This document shows, one piece after another, positions 35,921 to 45,552 of a DNA stretch of 64,000 nt. The stretch's first letter is position 1, and each line of letters starts with the position of its first letter. The position numbers and the translations under genes are program-made. Under the pieces are notes generated by a model. It worked only from the letters and a program-made list of their open reading frames with translations, was not told the DNA's origin and ran no database searches. Source of the DNA: Candidatus Bipolaricaulota bacterium. GTDB taxonomy: Bacteria > Bipolaricaulota > Bipolaricaulia > RBG-16-55-9 > DRXL01. The stretch lies in NCBI GenBank assembly GCA_025060395.1, contig JANXCC010000002.1, positions 102,234-166,233 of the forward strand. Reading direction: 5' to 3'.

Positions 35921-36423
35921 ATCAGGGGTACTTTATGGCAGAGCCAAGCTACACGTCACAGGCGCCGTTTGCTGAGCAGGAGAGCGCTGTGCTGGTGATC
36001 TGCTGCTCGAGCAATGTCTTTCTGCCCTACACCCAAGAGTTCCTTGCAAAGCACTTAGGGCTTGAGCCGGGCAGCTATGATCTATTGGCGGTGCCTGGCG
36101 GGCCGCAGTTTCTCTTGCTGACGGAGTATCTTCCGAAATTTGCCTGGGTCGGGCACAGATGGGTGAAGTTCCTCGTCGAGCGCCATCGACTCAAGAGGAT
36201 CATTGTGATCTCTCACGAGGACTGTGCGTGGTACAGTGACGAGCGCTTCGTCCCGCAATTTTTGCAGAAGCTTGGGGTAGGGAGATCGCTGAAGGACCGG
36301 CAGCGCGAGGACTTGCGCGAGATCACCCAGGCGCTGCACAATCTGGGGCTGCCCATCTCGGTCGAGGCCTACTACGCGGAGAAGAGCGCTGATGGGAGGG
36401 TACGCTTTGTGAAAGAAGCGTGA
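35917..36423 (+). CDS. Hypothetical protein co-transcribed with flotillin.
   Basis: It overlaps the flotillin stop by 4 nt (ATGA). No recognisable domain is present. Confidence 0.55.
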   Translation: MNQGYFMAEPSYTSQAPFAEQESAVLVICCSSNVFLPYTQEFLAKHLGLEPGSYDLLAVPGGPQFLLLTEYLPKFAWVGHRWVKFLVERHRLKRIIVISHEDCAWYSDERFVPQFLQKLGVGRSLKDRQREDLREITQALHNLGLPISVEAYYAEKSADGRVRFVKEA

Positions 36424-36440
36424 AGGCCCTCGCCCCCAGC

Positions 36441-36470
36441 CCCTCTCCCGCCCTCACCGACGGGAGAGGG
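36441..36470. terminator. Bidirectional GC-rich hairpin between convergent genes.
   Basis: CCCTCTCCCG-N10-CGGGAGAGGG. Confidence 0.5.
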
Positions 36471-36499
36471 GGCCCGCAGGGGGAGGGCCTCGGCCCGGC

Positions 36500-36853
36500 C
36501 TACGGCTTCAAGTTGTAGAACGTCAAGAGCAGAATAAGCTGCTTTTGGGACAGCAGCGCGCGCCCCTTGCTATTTTTGAGACTGACCAATTTGCTCACTG
36601 TCTCGATGGGTGCAGCTCTCTTCAGCGCTTCGACCGTCCCCTCCCCAAAGTCGGGGAAGTACGCAATGCGCTGATCGATTTCAGCAACCGTGATGCTTGT
36701 AGGCCGATTGCCGATCTTATAGTACGCGGCGAGCGCGCTCGCGATATCTGCAGGGGTTGTCAGCTGCTGCGCCGTCCCCGCCATAAACGTCCCAAAGACT
36801 CCCAGAGCCAGAACCGCCACAACCGTCCGTACAGCTGTCACTTTCGTGAACAT
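36500..36853 (-). CDS. Small secreted hypothetical protein.
   Basis: It has a signal peptide and no recognisable domain. Confidence 0.55.
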   Translation of the reverse strand: MFTKVTAVRTVVAVLALGVFGTFMAGTAQQLTTPADIASALAAYYKIGNRPTSITVAEIDQRIAYFPDFGEGTVEALKRAAPIETVSKLVSLKNSKGRALLSQKQLILLLTFYNLKP

Positions 36854-36994
36854 CTGTTATCGCCTCCTTCTGTGGTGAGTGATATCGTTCGACGGTAGGA
36901 GTCTAGCAGCCCTGTGCAAAGTCGGTGCAAAGTGCGCACTTTGCAGGCTTGTCTTGAGATAGTTATAATCCCTCCGCTCTCGGAGGTGGAAGTG

Positions 36995-39900
36995 ATGCTT
37001 AAAATCTTTCTCTTTGGAAGGTTCTCCGTTGAGCGCGATGGGCAGCTTCTTGGGGCGGAGGCGTGGCGGAACGCTAAGACCAAGACTCTTTTAAAAGTCC
37101 TCGCCAGCGAGCGCGGGCGAGTCTTCTCCGTCGATGAACTGATTGAGTATTTGTGGCCCGGCGAAGAGCCAGATCTGCGCTCTGCTGCATCGAACCTGCG
37201 TAGTCGCATTGCCGAGCTGAGAAAGCTCTTGGAGCCCTCTCTGGAGCGCGGGGAGCAATCGCGCTATATTCTCACACGCCGTGGGGGCTATTTGCTTGCG
37301 GAGGGGAGCGACTGTTGGCTGGACATCGAAGAATTCTCTCGGTGTGAAGAGCGCGGGCACCGTGCCTACCATGACGGGAATTTTGACGAAGCGATTGGGC
37401 TGTTTGAGCAAGCTCTGGCGCTCTATCGCGGGGAGTACTTGGCCGAAGATCGATACGAAGAATGGACCTTCCAGACACGAGAGCGCTTTCGGGAGCGGTC
37501 TGTCGAGATCTTAAGTCTTCTTGCGGACTGCCTGGCGCGGCGTGGGCAGTATCGCTCGGCCCTGGGGTATCTAGAGCGTGCCCTAGCAGAGTCCCCCTTA
37601 GACGAAAAGCTCTACCGTCAGATGATGGTCTATGCGTTCTGTGCAGGGGAGAAGGCTCGTGCCCATCAGGCTTATGAGCGCTGTCGTGCTGTTTTAGAGC
37701 GTGAGCTAGGAGAGTCCCCCTCATCGCAAACAGAGGAGATTTACAGACAGATTCAATCTGCAAGAGCCCCTGAGTGGGAGCGATTCTACCCGAGGGCTGG
37801 GGCAGAAGGTGTAGCTCTCCCTGAGAAGATCCGACGGCCGCCGTTTGTGGGGCGAGTGCGCGAGTGGGAGCAGCTTACAGCAACGCTTAGTAGAGTTTGC
37901 GCTGGCGCAGGGCACTTCGTGCTTATCTTGGGGGAGGCTGGGGTCGGTAAGACGCGCCTGAGTGAAGAATTTCTGCGCTGGGCGCAAGAACACAAGAGGG
38001 CGCTCACCCTGTGCGGACGATGCTATGAACTAGAAAACTCTATACCCTTCTCTCCGTGGGTTGAAGCCCTGCGCCAGGGGATCCCGCACATATCAAGAAC
38101 TGATCTAGGAGGAGTGCCGCCCGCCTGGTTGGCAGAGCTTGCCGAGATGCTGCCAGAGCTTGGGCGCGTAGTCCCTGATTTGCCACCTGCGCCACTATCC
38201 CCAGAACATCGCCAGTATCGAATCTTTGAGACGCTGTACAGAGTTATCAGCTCCCTGGCACTGCGCCACGCCCCGCTTGTCGTTTTCATAGACGACTTAC
38301 AGTGGGCTGATAGTAGGTCGATCGATTTTCTTTGCTATCTTCTTGAGAGAATGGCGAGCGAGCCAGTGCTGCTTGTGGGAGCAGCGCGCTCTGAGGAGCT
38401 GAGTTCTGGGGTGGAGCGGGTGCGGCATCATGGGGTACGGCTAGGTCGGCTTTCAGAGATGACTCTGTCGCGCTTGAGTGAGCGCGAGATCTATGAGTTG
38501 GTGCAAAGCTTAGCTGACGCAATAGAGACGCCAGCGGATTTTGGCGGGCGGCTCTATCGAGCTAGTTGGGGCAATCCGCTCTACGCGACTACTGTCCTCC
38601 AAGCGCTCTTTGAGAACGGGGCGTTTGTGGCGGAGGGGCCACGCTGGCGCTTGAGTGATCCGTCGCGGGTCGCGCTGGCCCCTTCAGCAGTGCAGCTTCT
38701 GGAGCGCAGGGTGAAGCGCGCGGGCATGTCAGCTCAGCGGATCTTACAGATCGTTGCGTGTGCCGTCCAGCTCGATCTTGAAGTCTTAGAAACTATATGG
38801 GATGGCCCTGCTGAGGAGCTGTTTGCGCATCTTGCCGAGCTTCAGGGACTGGTGGTGGAGCGGGAGGGGCGGTACGAGTTGGCGCATGAGATGTTCCGGA
38901 ATATTGTGTATGAATCTCTTGAAAGGCCGCGGCGCGTATGGCTGCATCGACGGATTGCCCAAGCGATTGAGAAGGTCTATGCCGATCCCGTGGCGGCAGG
39001 GGTAGCGGATCGGCTCGCTTGGCACTATGAGCAGGGTGGTCAACCGCGGAAGGCATTGGCATGGATTCTTAAAGCCATTGACGAGCATCAGAGGCGCTTT
39101 CATATAGAAGAGGGTCTTCGCAGTGTCGAGCTTGGGCTGCTTGTGCTCCGTAAGCTTCGTGGACGTTTCAGTGAGGAGGAGCTTGCGGCTCAAAAGTTCT
39201 CTCTGATCATCGAGCAACTCAACTTTTACCTGAAGAGCGGGCAGGTTCAAGCAGCTCAACAAAGCTGCCACCAAGCCCTTGTGCTTGCTGAACAACTCGG
39301 CCTCAACGAACAGGCTCAAGCATTTGGATGGAACGCTTCCTGCCTCATCCGCGCAGCCCGCTACGAAGACGCGCTTCGCTCCCTCCAGACCGCTCTGGCG
39401 CTCAATCCTCCCAATCCCAAAGTACGAGCAAATCTCTTCAGCCAACTGGGGTTAGTATACTTCTGTCGCGGGGAGTACCGCTCTGCTTTAGAATACTATC
39501 AAAAAGCCCTAGAGATCTTTCGCATCCGCGATCCGCTCCAGGCAGCTTATACATGGAACGACTGCGCCAATGCCCTGATGAAGCTTGGAGAGTACCAGCA
39601 AGCCCTCATGTATTATGAGAGGGCCTTGCGGCTCTATCGCGAGCTCCACGAGTTGCACAAAGCCAGCGCAGTCCTCAACAACATCGGGGCGACCCTGCGG
39701 TATCTTGGGCAATATCACCGCGCTCGACAATACTTAGAGCAGGCGTGTGACCTTGATAGGAGGCACGGCGATCGTCGTGGCTTGGCCTATAGCCTCTGCA
39801 ACCTCGCCCAGACATATCGACTCTTAGGAGAGCCAGCTCAAGCCCTCAAGCTGAGCACAGAAGCCCACGAGATCTTCAGCGCTCTAGAGGATCCTCTAGG

Positions 39901-40348
39901 CCAATGCATGATGCAGCGATGGATTGGGGTCGTCTATCGCGACTTAGGTCAGCATGAGCGCGCTCTCACCTTTTTACGCCAAGCACTAGACCACGCGCGA
40001 ACTATAAATGCTCAGTCCGAAGAAGGAGCATGCCTGGTGGAGCTCGCTCACACCTTACTCGATATAGGCCAAGACACCCAAGAAGCTATAGAGACCCTTC
40101 GGCAGGCGCTGGCCTTGATCGAGCAGCACCGCTGGAGCGGTGAGCTCGTGATCCGCGCTTATTATCTTTACTACCGAGCTCTGAAGGCACTCCACCATCC
40201 CCACGCCGCTGAAGCGTGGCGCAGAGCTTATGAAGAGCTTCAACGAACCGCTCAGCAGCTCACCGATGACTCCTTGCGCCGCAGCTTCCTCGAAATCCCC
40301 TTCCATCAGCATATCCTCCACGCGCTTGACAGTCCGCCCCACCCCTGA
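36995..40348 (+). CDS. SARP/AfsR-family regulator with OmpR-type winged helix, BTAD, NB-ARC (STAND) ATPase and a C-terminal TPR array.
   Basis: It has a wHTH (RNAKTKTLLKVLA), a BTAD region, a Walker A motif GEAGVGKT, and long TPR repeats. The start was trimmed to the Met after GGAGGTGG. TATAAT lies at about 36962. Confidence 0.85.
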   Translation: MLKIFLFGRFSVERDGQLLGAEAWRNAKTKTLLKVLASERGRVFSVDELIEYLWPGEEPDLRSAASNLRSRIAELRKLLEPSLERGEQSRYILTRRGGYLLAEGSDCWLDIEEFSRCEERGHRAYHDGNFDEAIGLFEQALALYRGEYLAEDRYEEWTFQTRERFRERSVEILSLLADCLARRGQYRSALGYLERALAESPLDEKLYRQMMVYAFCAGEKARAHQAYERCRAVLERELGESPSSQTEEIYRQIQSARAPEWERFYPRAGAEGVALPEKIRRPPFVGRVREWEQLTATLSRVCAGAGHFVLILGEAGVGKTRLSEEFLRWAQEHKRALTLCGRCYELENSIPFSPWVEALRQGIPHISRTDLGGVPPAWLAELAEMLPELGRVVPDLPPAPLSPEHRQYRIFETLYRVISSLALRHAPLVVFIDDLQWADSRSIDFLCYLLERMASEPVLLVGAARSEELSSGVERVRHHGVRLGRLSEMTLSRLSEREIYELVQSLADAIETPADFGGRLYRASWGNPLYATTVLQALFENGAFVAEGPRWRLSDPSRVALAPSAVQLLERRVKRAGMSAQRILQIVACAVQLDLEVLETIWDGPAEELFAHLAELQGLVVEREGRYELAHEMFRNIVYESLERPRRVWLHRRIAQAIEKVYADPVAAGVADRLAWHYEQGGQPRKALAWILKAIDEHQRRFHIEEGLRSVELGLLVLRKLRGRFSEEELAAQKFSLIIEQLNFYLKSGQVQAAQQSCHQALVLAEQLGLNEQAQAFGWNASCLIRAARYEDALRSLQTALALNPPNPKVRANLFSQLGLVYFCRGEYRSALEYYQKALEIFRIRDPLQAAYTWNDCANALMKLGEYQQALMYYERALRLYRELHELHKASAVLNNIGATLRYLGQYHRARQYLEQACDLDRRHGDRRGLAYSLCNLAQTYRLLGEPAQALKLSTEAHEIFSALEDPLGQCMMQRWIGVVYRDLGQHERALTFLRQALDHARTINAQSEEGACLVELAHTLLDIGQDTQEAIETLRQALALIEQHRWSGELVIRAYYLYYRALKALHHPHAAEAWRRAYEELQRTAQQLTDDSLRRSFLEIPFHQHILHALDSPPHP

Positions 40349-40363
40349 TACCATAAGACGATC

Positions 40364-41059
40364 ATGCAGACCCTCTACAACGGCAAAGCAAAAACCCTCT
40401 TCGCCGGCCCCTCCCCCGATACCATCATTATCTTCTTCAAAGACACTGTCACCGCTGGCAACGGGGTAAAACACGCCACCATCCCTGGCAAAGGCGCCCT
40501 GACCGCTCAGATCTCCATCAAGCTCTTCGAGATGCTCAAAGATTCCGTCCCCTCACACTACATAAAGAAGCTCGATGCCCAAAGCTTCTTAGCTAAAAAG
40601 CTCCAGATCCTTCCCTTAGAAGTCGTCGTGAGAAACTACGCCACCGGCAGTATCGTTAAGAGATTAGGGCTCCCTCGTGGCCAAGCCTTTCAACCCCCTC
40701 TTGTCGAGTTCTTCTATAAATCTGATGCCCTCCATGACCCGCTCCTCTGCCTCGCCCATATCCAGGCCCTGGGCCTAGCCACCCCCCACGAGCTCGCCCA
40801 GATGGAGACCTACGCCCGCCACACCAATGCGCTCTTGACCGACTACTTCTGGGCACTAGGGCTAAAACTGATCGATATGAAACTCGAGTTCGGCAAGACG
40901 CCCGACGGAACCCTTCTCCTCGCTGACGAGCTCAGTCCCGACACTATGAGGTTGTGGGACGCTCGCACCCATGAGAGCTTCGATAAGGATGTCTTCCGTG
41001 AGGACAAAGGGGATCTGCTAACAGCCTACAGAGAAGTAGCTCGACGGATGGGATTATGA
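40364..41059 (+). CDS. purC: Phosphoribosylaminoimidazole-succinocarboxamide synthase.
   Basis: It carries the SAICAR synthetase family pattern (YNGKAKTLF..., LPLEVVVRNY, DTMRLWD). Confidence 0.9.
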   Translation: MQTLYNGKAKTLFAGPSPDTIIIFFKDTVTAGNGVKHATIPGKGALTAQISIKLFEMLKDSVPSHYIKKLDAQSFLAKKLQILPLEVVVRNYATGSIVKRLGLPRGQAFQPPLVEFFYKSDALHDPLLCLAHIQALGLATPHELAQMETYARHTNALLTDYFWALGLKLIDMKLEFGKTPDGTLLLADELSPDTMRLWDARTHESFDKDVFREDKGDLLTAYREVARRMGL

Positions 41060-41310
41060 AGGAATTTGTCGTGCGGGTGCTGATAGAGCCCAAACCTGAA
41101 CTCTTCGATCCCCAGGGGCAAGCGGTCGAGCGCGCCATGATCGAGCTGGGGTTGAAGAATATCTCAGGGACACGTGTGGGCAAATTTATCAAATTTAAGC
41201 TGAAGGCAGTTTCAGTACAGCAGGCGCGCGAGAAGGTCGCTGAGATCTCCCAGAAATTTCTGGCAAACCCCGTGATCGAGAGGTACTCTATTGAGCTGGA
41301 GGAACTCTGA
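41056..41310 (+). CDS. purS: Phosphoribosylformylglycinamidine synthase subunit PurS.
   Basis: It is an 84-aa PurS-fold protein between purC and purQ. Confidence 0.85.
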   Translation: MKEFVVRVLIEPKPELFDPQGQAVERAMIELGLKNISGTRVGKFIKFKLKAVSVQQAREKVAEISQKFLANPVIERYSIELEEL

Positions 41311-41975
41311 TGCGTGCGGCCGTCGTCGTCTTTCCCGGCTCCAACTGCGATTACGATACCTACTATGTTTTAAAAGATCTCTTAGGGGTGGAGACAGATC
41401 TGCTCTGGTACCGCGAGACGGCCTTACACCGATACGACCTGATCGTACTGCCTGGGGGGTTCTCCTATGGAGACTATTTGCGGGCCGGAGCGATCGCGCG
41501 GTTCGCCCCGGTGGTGCAGGCCCTGCCCGAGTATATTGCCCGAGGACATGGGATCGTGCTTGGGATCTGCAACGGTTTTCAGATCTTAACCGAGGCGGGC
41601 TTGCTGCCAGGGGCTCTGACGAAGAATATCTCCCAGAGATTTATCTGTAAGACTGTCAAACTGCGGGTGGAAAACAACGCCACTCCGCTGACCCAACTCT
41701 TTCGCTACGAAGAGATCATAGAGCTGCCTATTGCGCATGGGGAGGGACGCTACATCGCGCCCCCTGAGACCCTTGAGAGACTCAAAAGAAACCGTCAGAT
41801 TCTCTTGACGTATCACGGGGAGAACCCCAACGGCTCGGTAGAGAATATAGCGGCGATCATGAACGAGAAGGGCACAGTCTTCGGGATGATGCCCCACCCG
41901 GAGCGCAACAGCGAGCAGCTCTTTGGGACTGGGGCCGGCCTAAAGATCTTCCGAGGGTTGGTGCATCTCGTATGA
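41310..41975 (+). CDS. purQ: Phosphoribosylformylglycinamidine synthase glutaminase subunit.
   Basis: It has a class-I amidotransferase catalytic Cys (GICNGFQ) and a terminal His (MPHPER). Confidence 0.92.
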   Translation: MRAAVVVFPGSNCDYDTYYVLKDLLGVETDLLWYRETALHRYDLIVLPGGFSYGDYLRAGAIARFAPVVQALPEYIARGHGIVLGICNGFQILTEAGLLPGALTKNISQRFICKTVKLRVENNATPLTQLFRYEEIIELPIAHGEGRYIAPPETLERLKRNRQILLTYHGENPNGSVENIAAIMNEKGTVFGMMPHPERNSEQLFGTGAGLKIFRGLVHLV

Positions 41976-44152
41976 CCAAGTTCGAACTAGCCCTTGGGCT
42001 CTCTCAACGCGAATACGAAGCGATCTGTGCGGGTCTCCACCGCGAGCCCAACGAACTCGAACTGGGGCTGTTTGCGCTCAACTGGTCGGAGCATTGCAGC
42101 TATAAGAGCTCGAAGAGGTTCTTAAAGCTCTTGCCTACGACGGGCAAGAGAGTTCTGCAAGGGCCTGGGGAGAACGCCGGGGTCATAGAATTAGAAAACG
42201 GCTGGTGCGTGGCGTTCAAGGTCGAGAGCCACAATCATCCGTCGGCTGTAGAGCCGTTCCATGGAGCGGCTACGGGGGTTGGAGGGATCATCAGGGATAT
42301 TTTGAGCATGGGGGCGCGGCCAATCGCGCTCCTAGACTCGTTGCGCTTTGGGGAGTTCTCCGATCCCAAGGCGCGGCGACTCTGTGTCGGCGTGGTCTCC
42401 GGGATCAGCCATTACGGCAACTGTGTCGGGGTGCCTACCGTCGGCGGAGATATCTATTGCGACGACGCCTATGCTGATAACTGTCTGGTCAACGTGATGT
42501 GCGTGGGGCTACTGAAAAAATCCGAGCTCAAGCGCGCCATTGCCCAAGGGGTGGGCAATAAGATTCTCTTAGTTGGGGCGTTGACGGGCCGGGACGGCAT
42601 CCACGGGGCTACGTTTGCCTCGGAAGATCTCGTCGGCGAGACGGAAGCAAAGCGCCCTAACGTGCAAGTTGGGGATCCGTTTACGGCGAAGCTGCTCATC
42701 GAAGCTACGCGAGAAGCCTGTCAATTGCCAGAGCTGATCGGGCTGCAGGACTTAGGGGCAGGGGGGCTCTCCACCGCCCCAGCTGAGATGGCTGCTCGCG
42801 GTGGGGTCGGCATCGCCATAGATATCGAAGAGATCCCGCTGCGCGATCCCACCATGACCCCTTATGAGATTCTCCTATCGGAGTCGCAAGAGCGCATGGT
42901 GCTCTGCGTCCGGGCGGGCTCGGAACAGAAATTCTTACAGATCTATCGCAAGTGGGGCTTGGCCGTCGCGGTGATTGGTGAGGTGATCGCAGAAAGAGTT
43001 TATAGGGTGCGTCATGAGGGGCGGACGATTGCTGAGGTCCCTATCAGCCTCTTGGTAGGTGGGGCGCCAGAGCCAGACTTCGTGCGGATCGCGCATCGTA
43101 CTGCCCGTGGCGGCACTATGCGCCCTGCAGCTGAAGCGCACTCTGCTTTGCATGGGGACAGGTCCTGGTGCGAGGCATTGAAACGCCTCCTACACTCCCC
43201 GACGATTGGCTCGAAGCGCTGGGTCTGGGAGCAGTACGACCATATGGTGCAGATCAATACCGTGATTGGCCCTGGGGCTCACGATGCGGCCGTGCTGCGT
43301 GTCAAGGGGGAGCGTTTCGCTCTAGCCGTGACGTTGGGGGGCAACGGACGCTATTGCGCTCTTGACCCATACGAAGGGGGACTGCGAGCCGTCTGTGAAG
43401 CCGTCCATAATCTCTTAAGCGTTGGCGCTGAGCCTTTGGGGATCACCGATTGTTTGAACTTCGCCAATCCGACTGTCCCTGAAGTCTTGTGGGCCTTCGA
43501 GCAAGTGATTCGGGGGATGGCCGACGCCGCTCGGGCGTTTGAGCTGCCGTTTGTCTCGGGCAACGTCAGCTTCTACAATCAGTCCGAGACAAGAAAGATC
43601 CATCCCACCCCCATCGTGGGGATGGTTGGACTTTTGAGAGACATAGAATGTCGGGTACCCATGGGGTTTCAGCGTGAGGGTGATCAGATCTATCTACTAG
43701 GGAAGCTCTCAGGCAAGGTCGGGGGTAGCGAGTATCTGAAGGTCTTCTATGATGCTTGGGGGGATGCGCTAGAGCCAACAGATCTCGAACTCGAGCGCAA
43801 GCTGTTCCAGACGATGCTGACGCTTGCGCAGCAGCGCCTGTTGCACAGCGCTCATGACGTTTCGGACGGTGGGCTTTTAGTAGCTATAGCCGAGAAGAGT
43901 TTTGTGCGGGGGTTGGGAGCGCACCTTGAGCTCGATGATCTTTCAGAAGGGAATCTCTTTGGGGAGTGGCCCACACGGTTTATCGTGACGGTAGCTCCGG
44001 AGCGCGAAGACGCGCTCACGGAGCTTCTCCAGAGCGGGGGGGTGCCGTATAGGAGACTAGGCACTGTAGCGGGAGATGCGCTCGAGATAGCGGGGGAGCG
44101 CATCTTGGTAGAAGAGCTGCGTCAGGCGTATGAGACGGCGTTGGACCTATGA
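41972..44152 (+). CDS. purL: Phosphoribosylformylglycinamidine synthase II.
   Basis: It has small-PurL architecture (726 aa, duplicated PurM-like domains). Confidence 0.92.
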   Translation: MTKFELALGLSQREYEAICAGLHREPNELELGLFALNWSEHCSYKSSKRFLKLLPTTGKRVLQGPGENAGVIELENGWCVAFKVESHNHPSAVEPFHGAATGVGGIIRDILSMGARPIALLDSLRFGEFSDPKARRLCVGVVSGISHYGNCVGVPTVGGDIYCDDAYADNCLVNVMCVGLLKKSELKRAIAQGVGNKILLVGALTGRDGIHGATFASEDLVGETEAKRPNVQVGDPFTAKLLIEATREACQLPELIGLQDLGAGGLSTAPAEMAARGGVGIAIDIEEIPLRDPTMTPYEILLSESQERMVLCVRAGSEQKFLQIYRKWGLAVAVIGEVIAERVYRVRHEGRTIAEVPISLLVGGAPEPDFVRIAHRTARGGTMRPAAEAHSALHGDRSWCEALKRLLHSPTIGSKRWVWEQYDHMVQINTVIGPGAHDAAVLRVKGERFALAVTLGGNGRYCALDPYEGGLRAVCEAVHNLLSVGAEPLGITDCLNFANPTVPEVLWAFEQVIRGMADAARAFELPFVSGNVSFYNQSETRKIHPTPIVGMVGLLRDIECRVPMGFQREGDQIYLLGKLSGKVGGSEYLKVFYDAWGDALEPTDLELERKLFQTMLTLAQQRLLHSAHDVSDGGLLVAIAEKSFVRGLGAHLELDDLSEGNLFGEWPTRFIVTVAPEREDALTELLQSGGVPYRRLGTVAGDALEIAGERILVEELRQAYETALDL

Positions 44153-45546
44153 AGCTCAAGGACGAGTGCGGGCTCTTTGCGATCTATAGCCAGTCCTCGG
44201 AGATCGCCGACGCGTTACAGCTGGGGCTCTTTGCCCTGCAGCATCGCGGCCAAGAAGCCGCAGGTTTTGCTATCTCCGACGGCAGAGAATTGCGCTGCTA
44301 TAAAGACTTGGGCTTAGTGCAGGACGTCTTCGCCAAGGGGCACGTCAGGATCTTGCGTGGGCACATCGGGATCGCCCATACTCGTTATTCAACCCAAGGA
44401 GAGAGCGCGCGCCCCGAGAACGCTCAGCCGTTTGTGCTCAAGCGCGAGAGACGCTGGATAGCTATAGCCCATAATGGGAACCTCTCCAACGCCGCGCAGC
44501 TCCGCGAAGAGCTCTTAGCCGAAGGCGTCTACTTCACCAGCACCTCAGACACCGAGAGCTTGTTGCATCTGTACGTGCGAGCGCCAGGAGCGACCCCACA
44601 AGAACGGTTTCACACTCTTGCTTCCAAGGTGCTGGGGGCATACTCCGTCGTAATGATTGACGGAGATAAGCTGATTGCGGCACGAGATCCCTTTGGGTTT
44701 CGGCCACTGGTGCTGGGGCGCCGCGGGAGCGACTATTGCCTTGCTTCGGAGACGGCCGCCTTCGATATTCTCGGAGCCGAGCCCATCCGGGAGATCGAGC
44801 CTGGAGAAGTTCTCGTGATAGATCGAGATGGGCTGCACAGCGCGCGCTTTGGCCCGGTACGCCCTCGACGCCAGTGCGTCTTCGAGTTAATCTATTTTGC
44901 TCGCCCAGATAGTAAGCTCTTTGGGCAGAACGTCTATGAGTTTCGCAAAATCTGCGGGGCACGCTTGGCCGACAAAGAGACATACGAAATCGACATTGTC
45001 GTGCCCGTGCCCGATTCGGGCCTGCCCGCCGCGTTAGGGTACTCCAGAAGACTCAATAAGCCCTTGGAGTTCGGGCTGATTCGCAGTCACTACATTGGGC
45101 GCAGCTTCATTGAGCCCTATCAAGAGTCGAGGATTCATAAAGTGCGGATGAAGCTGCTGCCGTTACGAGACGTCTTGCAAGACCGTCGCGTAGCGCTTGT
45201 AGACGACTCGATTGTGCGGGGGACGACGTCGCGCGCGATCGTACATGTCTTGCGGGAATTTGGGGCCAAGGAAGTCCATCTCAGAATCGCTTCCCCGCCC
45301 TTGATTGCACCATGTTACTTTGGGATTGACATGCCCACGCGCGAGGAGTTAGTTGCGTCCAGCCGGACGGTCCCCCAAATCGCGCAGTTTATGAACGCCG
45401 ACTCGGTCATCTATCTCTCTCTCGAAGAGCTGCAGCAGTGCGTTGGTGACGCGGAGCACTTCTGTATGGCGTGCTTTACGGCGCGCTATCCGGAGGGCAG
45501 TCTTCCTGCCGAGCACCCGGCGTTGGAGTATCTCTTGCCCAAGTGA
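44149..45546 (+). CDS. purF: Amidophosphoribosyltransferase with a short propeptide before the catalytic Cys.
   Basis: DECGLFAI at the N-terminus, a PRTase motif (VDDSIVRGTT), and 4Fe-4S Cys residues near the C-terminus. Confidence 0.92.
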   Translation: MKLKDECGLFAIYSQSSEIADALQLGLFALQHRGQEAAGFAISDGRELRCYKDLGLVQDVFAKGHVRILRGHIGIAHTRYSTQGESARPENAQPFVLKRERRWIAIAHNGNLSNAAQLREELLAEGVYFTSTSDTESLLHLYVRAPGATPQERFHTLASKVLGAYSVVMIDGDKLIAARDPFGFRPLVLGRRGSDYCLASETAAFDILGAEPIREIEPGEVLVIDRDGLHSARFGPVRPRRQCVFELIYFARPDSKLFGQNVYEFRKICGARLADKETYEIDIVVPVPDSGLPAALGYSRRLNKPLEFGLIRSHYIGRSFIEPYQESRIHKVRMKLLPLRDVLQDRRVALVDDSIVRGTTSRAIVHVLREFGAKEVHLRIASPPLIAPCYFGIDMPTREELVASSRTVPQIAQFMNADSVIYLSLEELQQCVGDAEHFCMACFTARYPEGSLPAEHPALEYLLPK

Positions 45547-45552
45547 TTATGT

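Noticed and set aside
36914-36994. 27 extra N-terminal codons of the SARP regulator ORF.
   Set aside because: A GGAGGTGG RBS and an ATG at 36995 give a canonical start directly before the OmpR-type wHTH.
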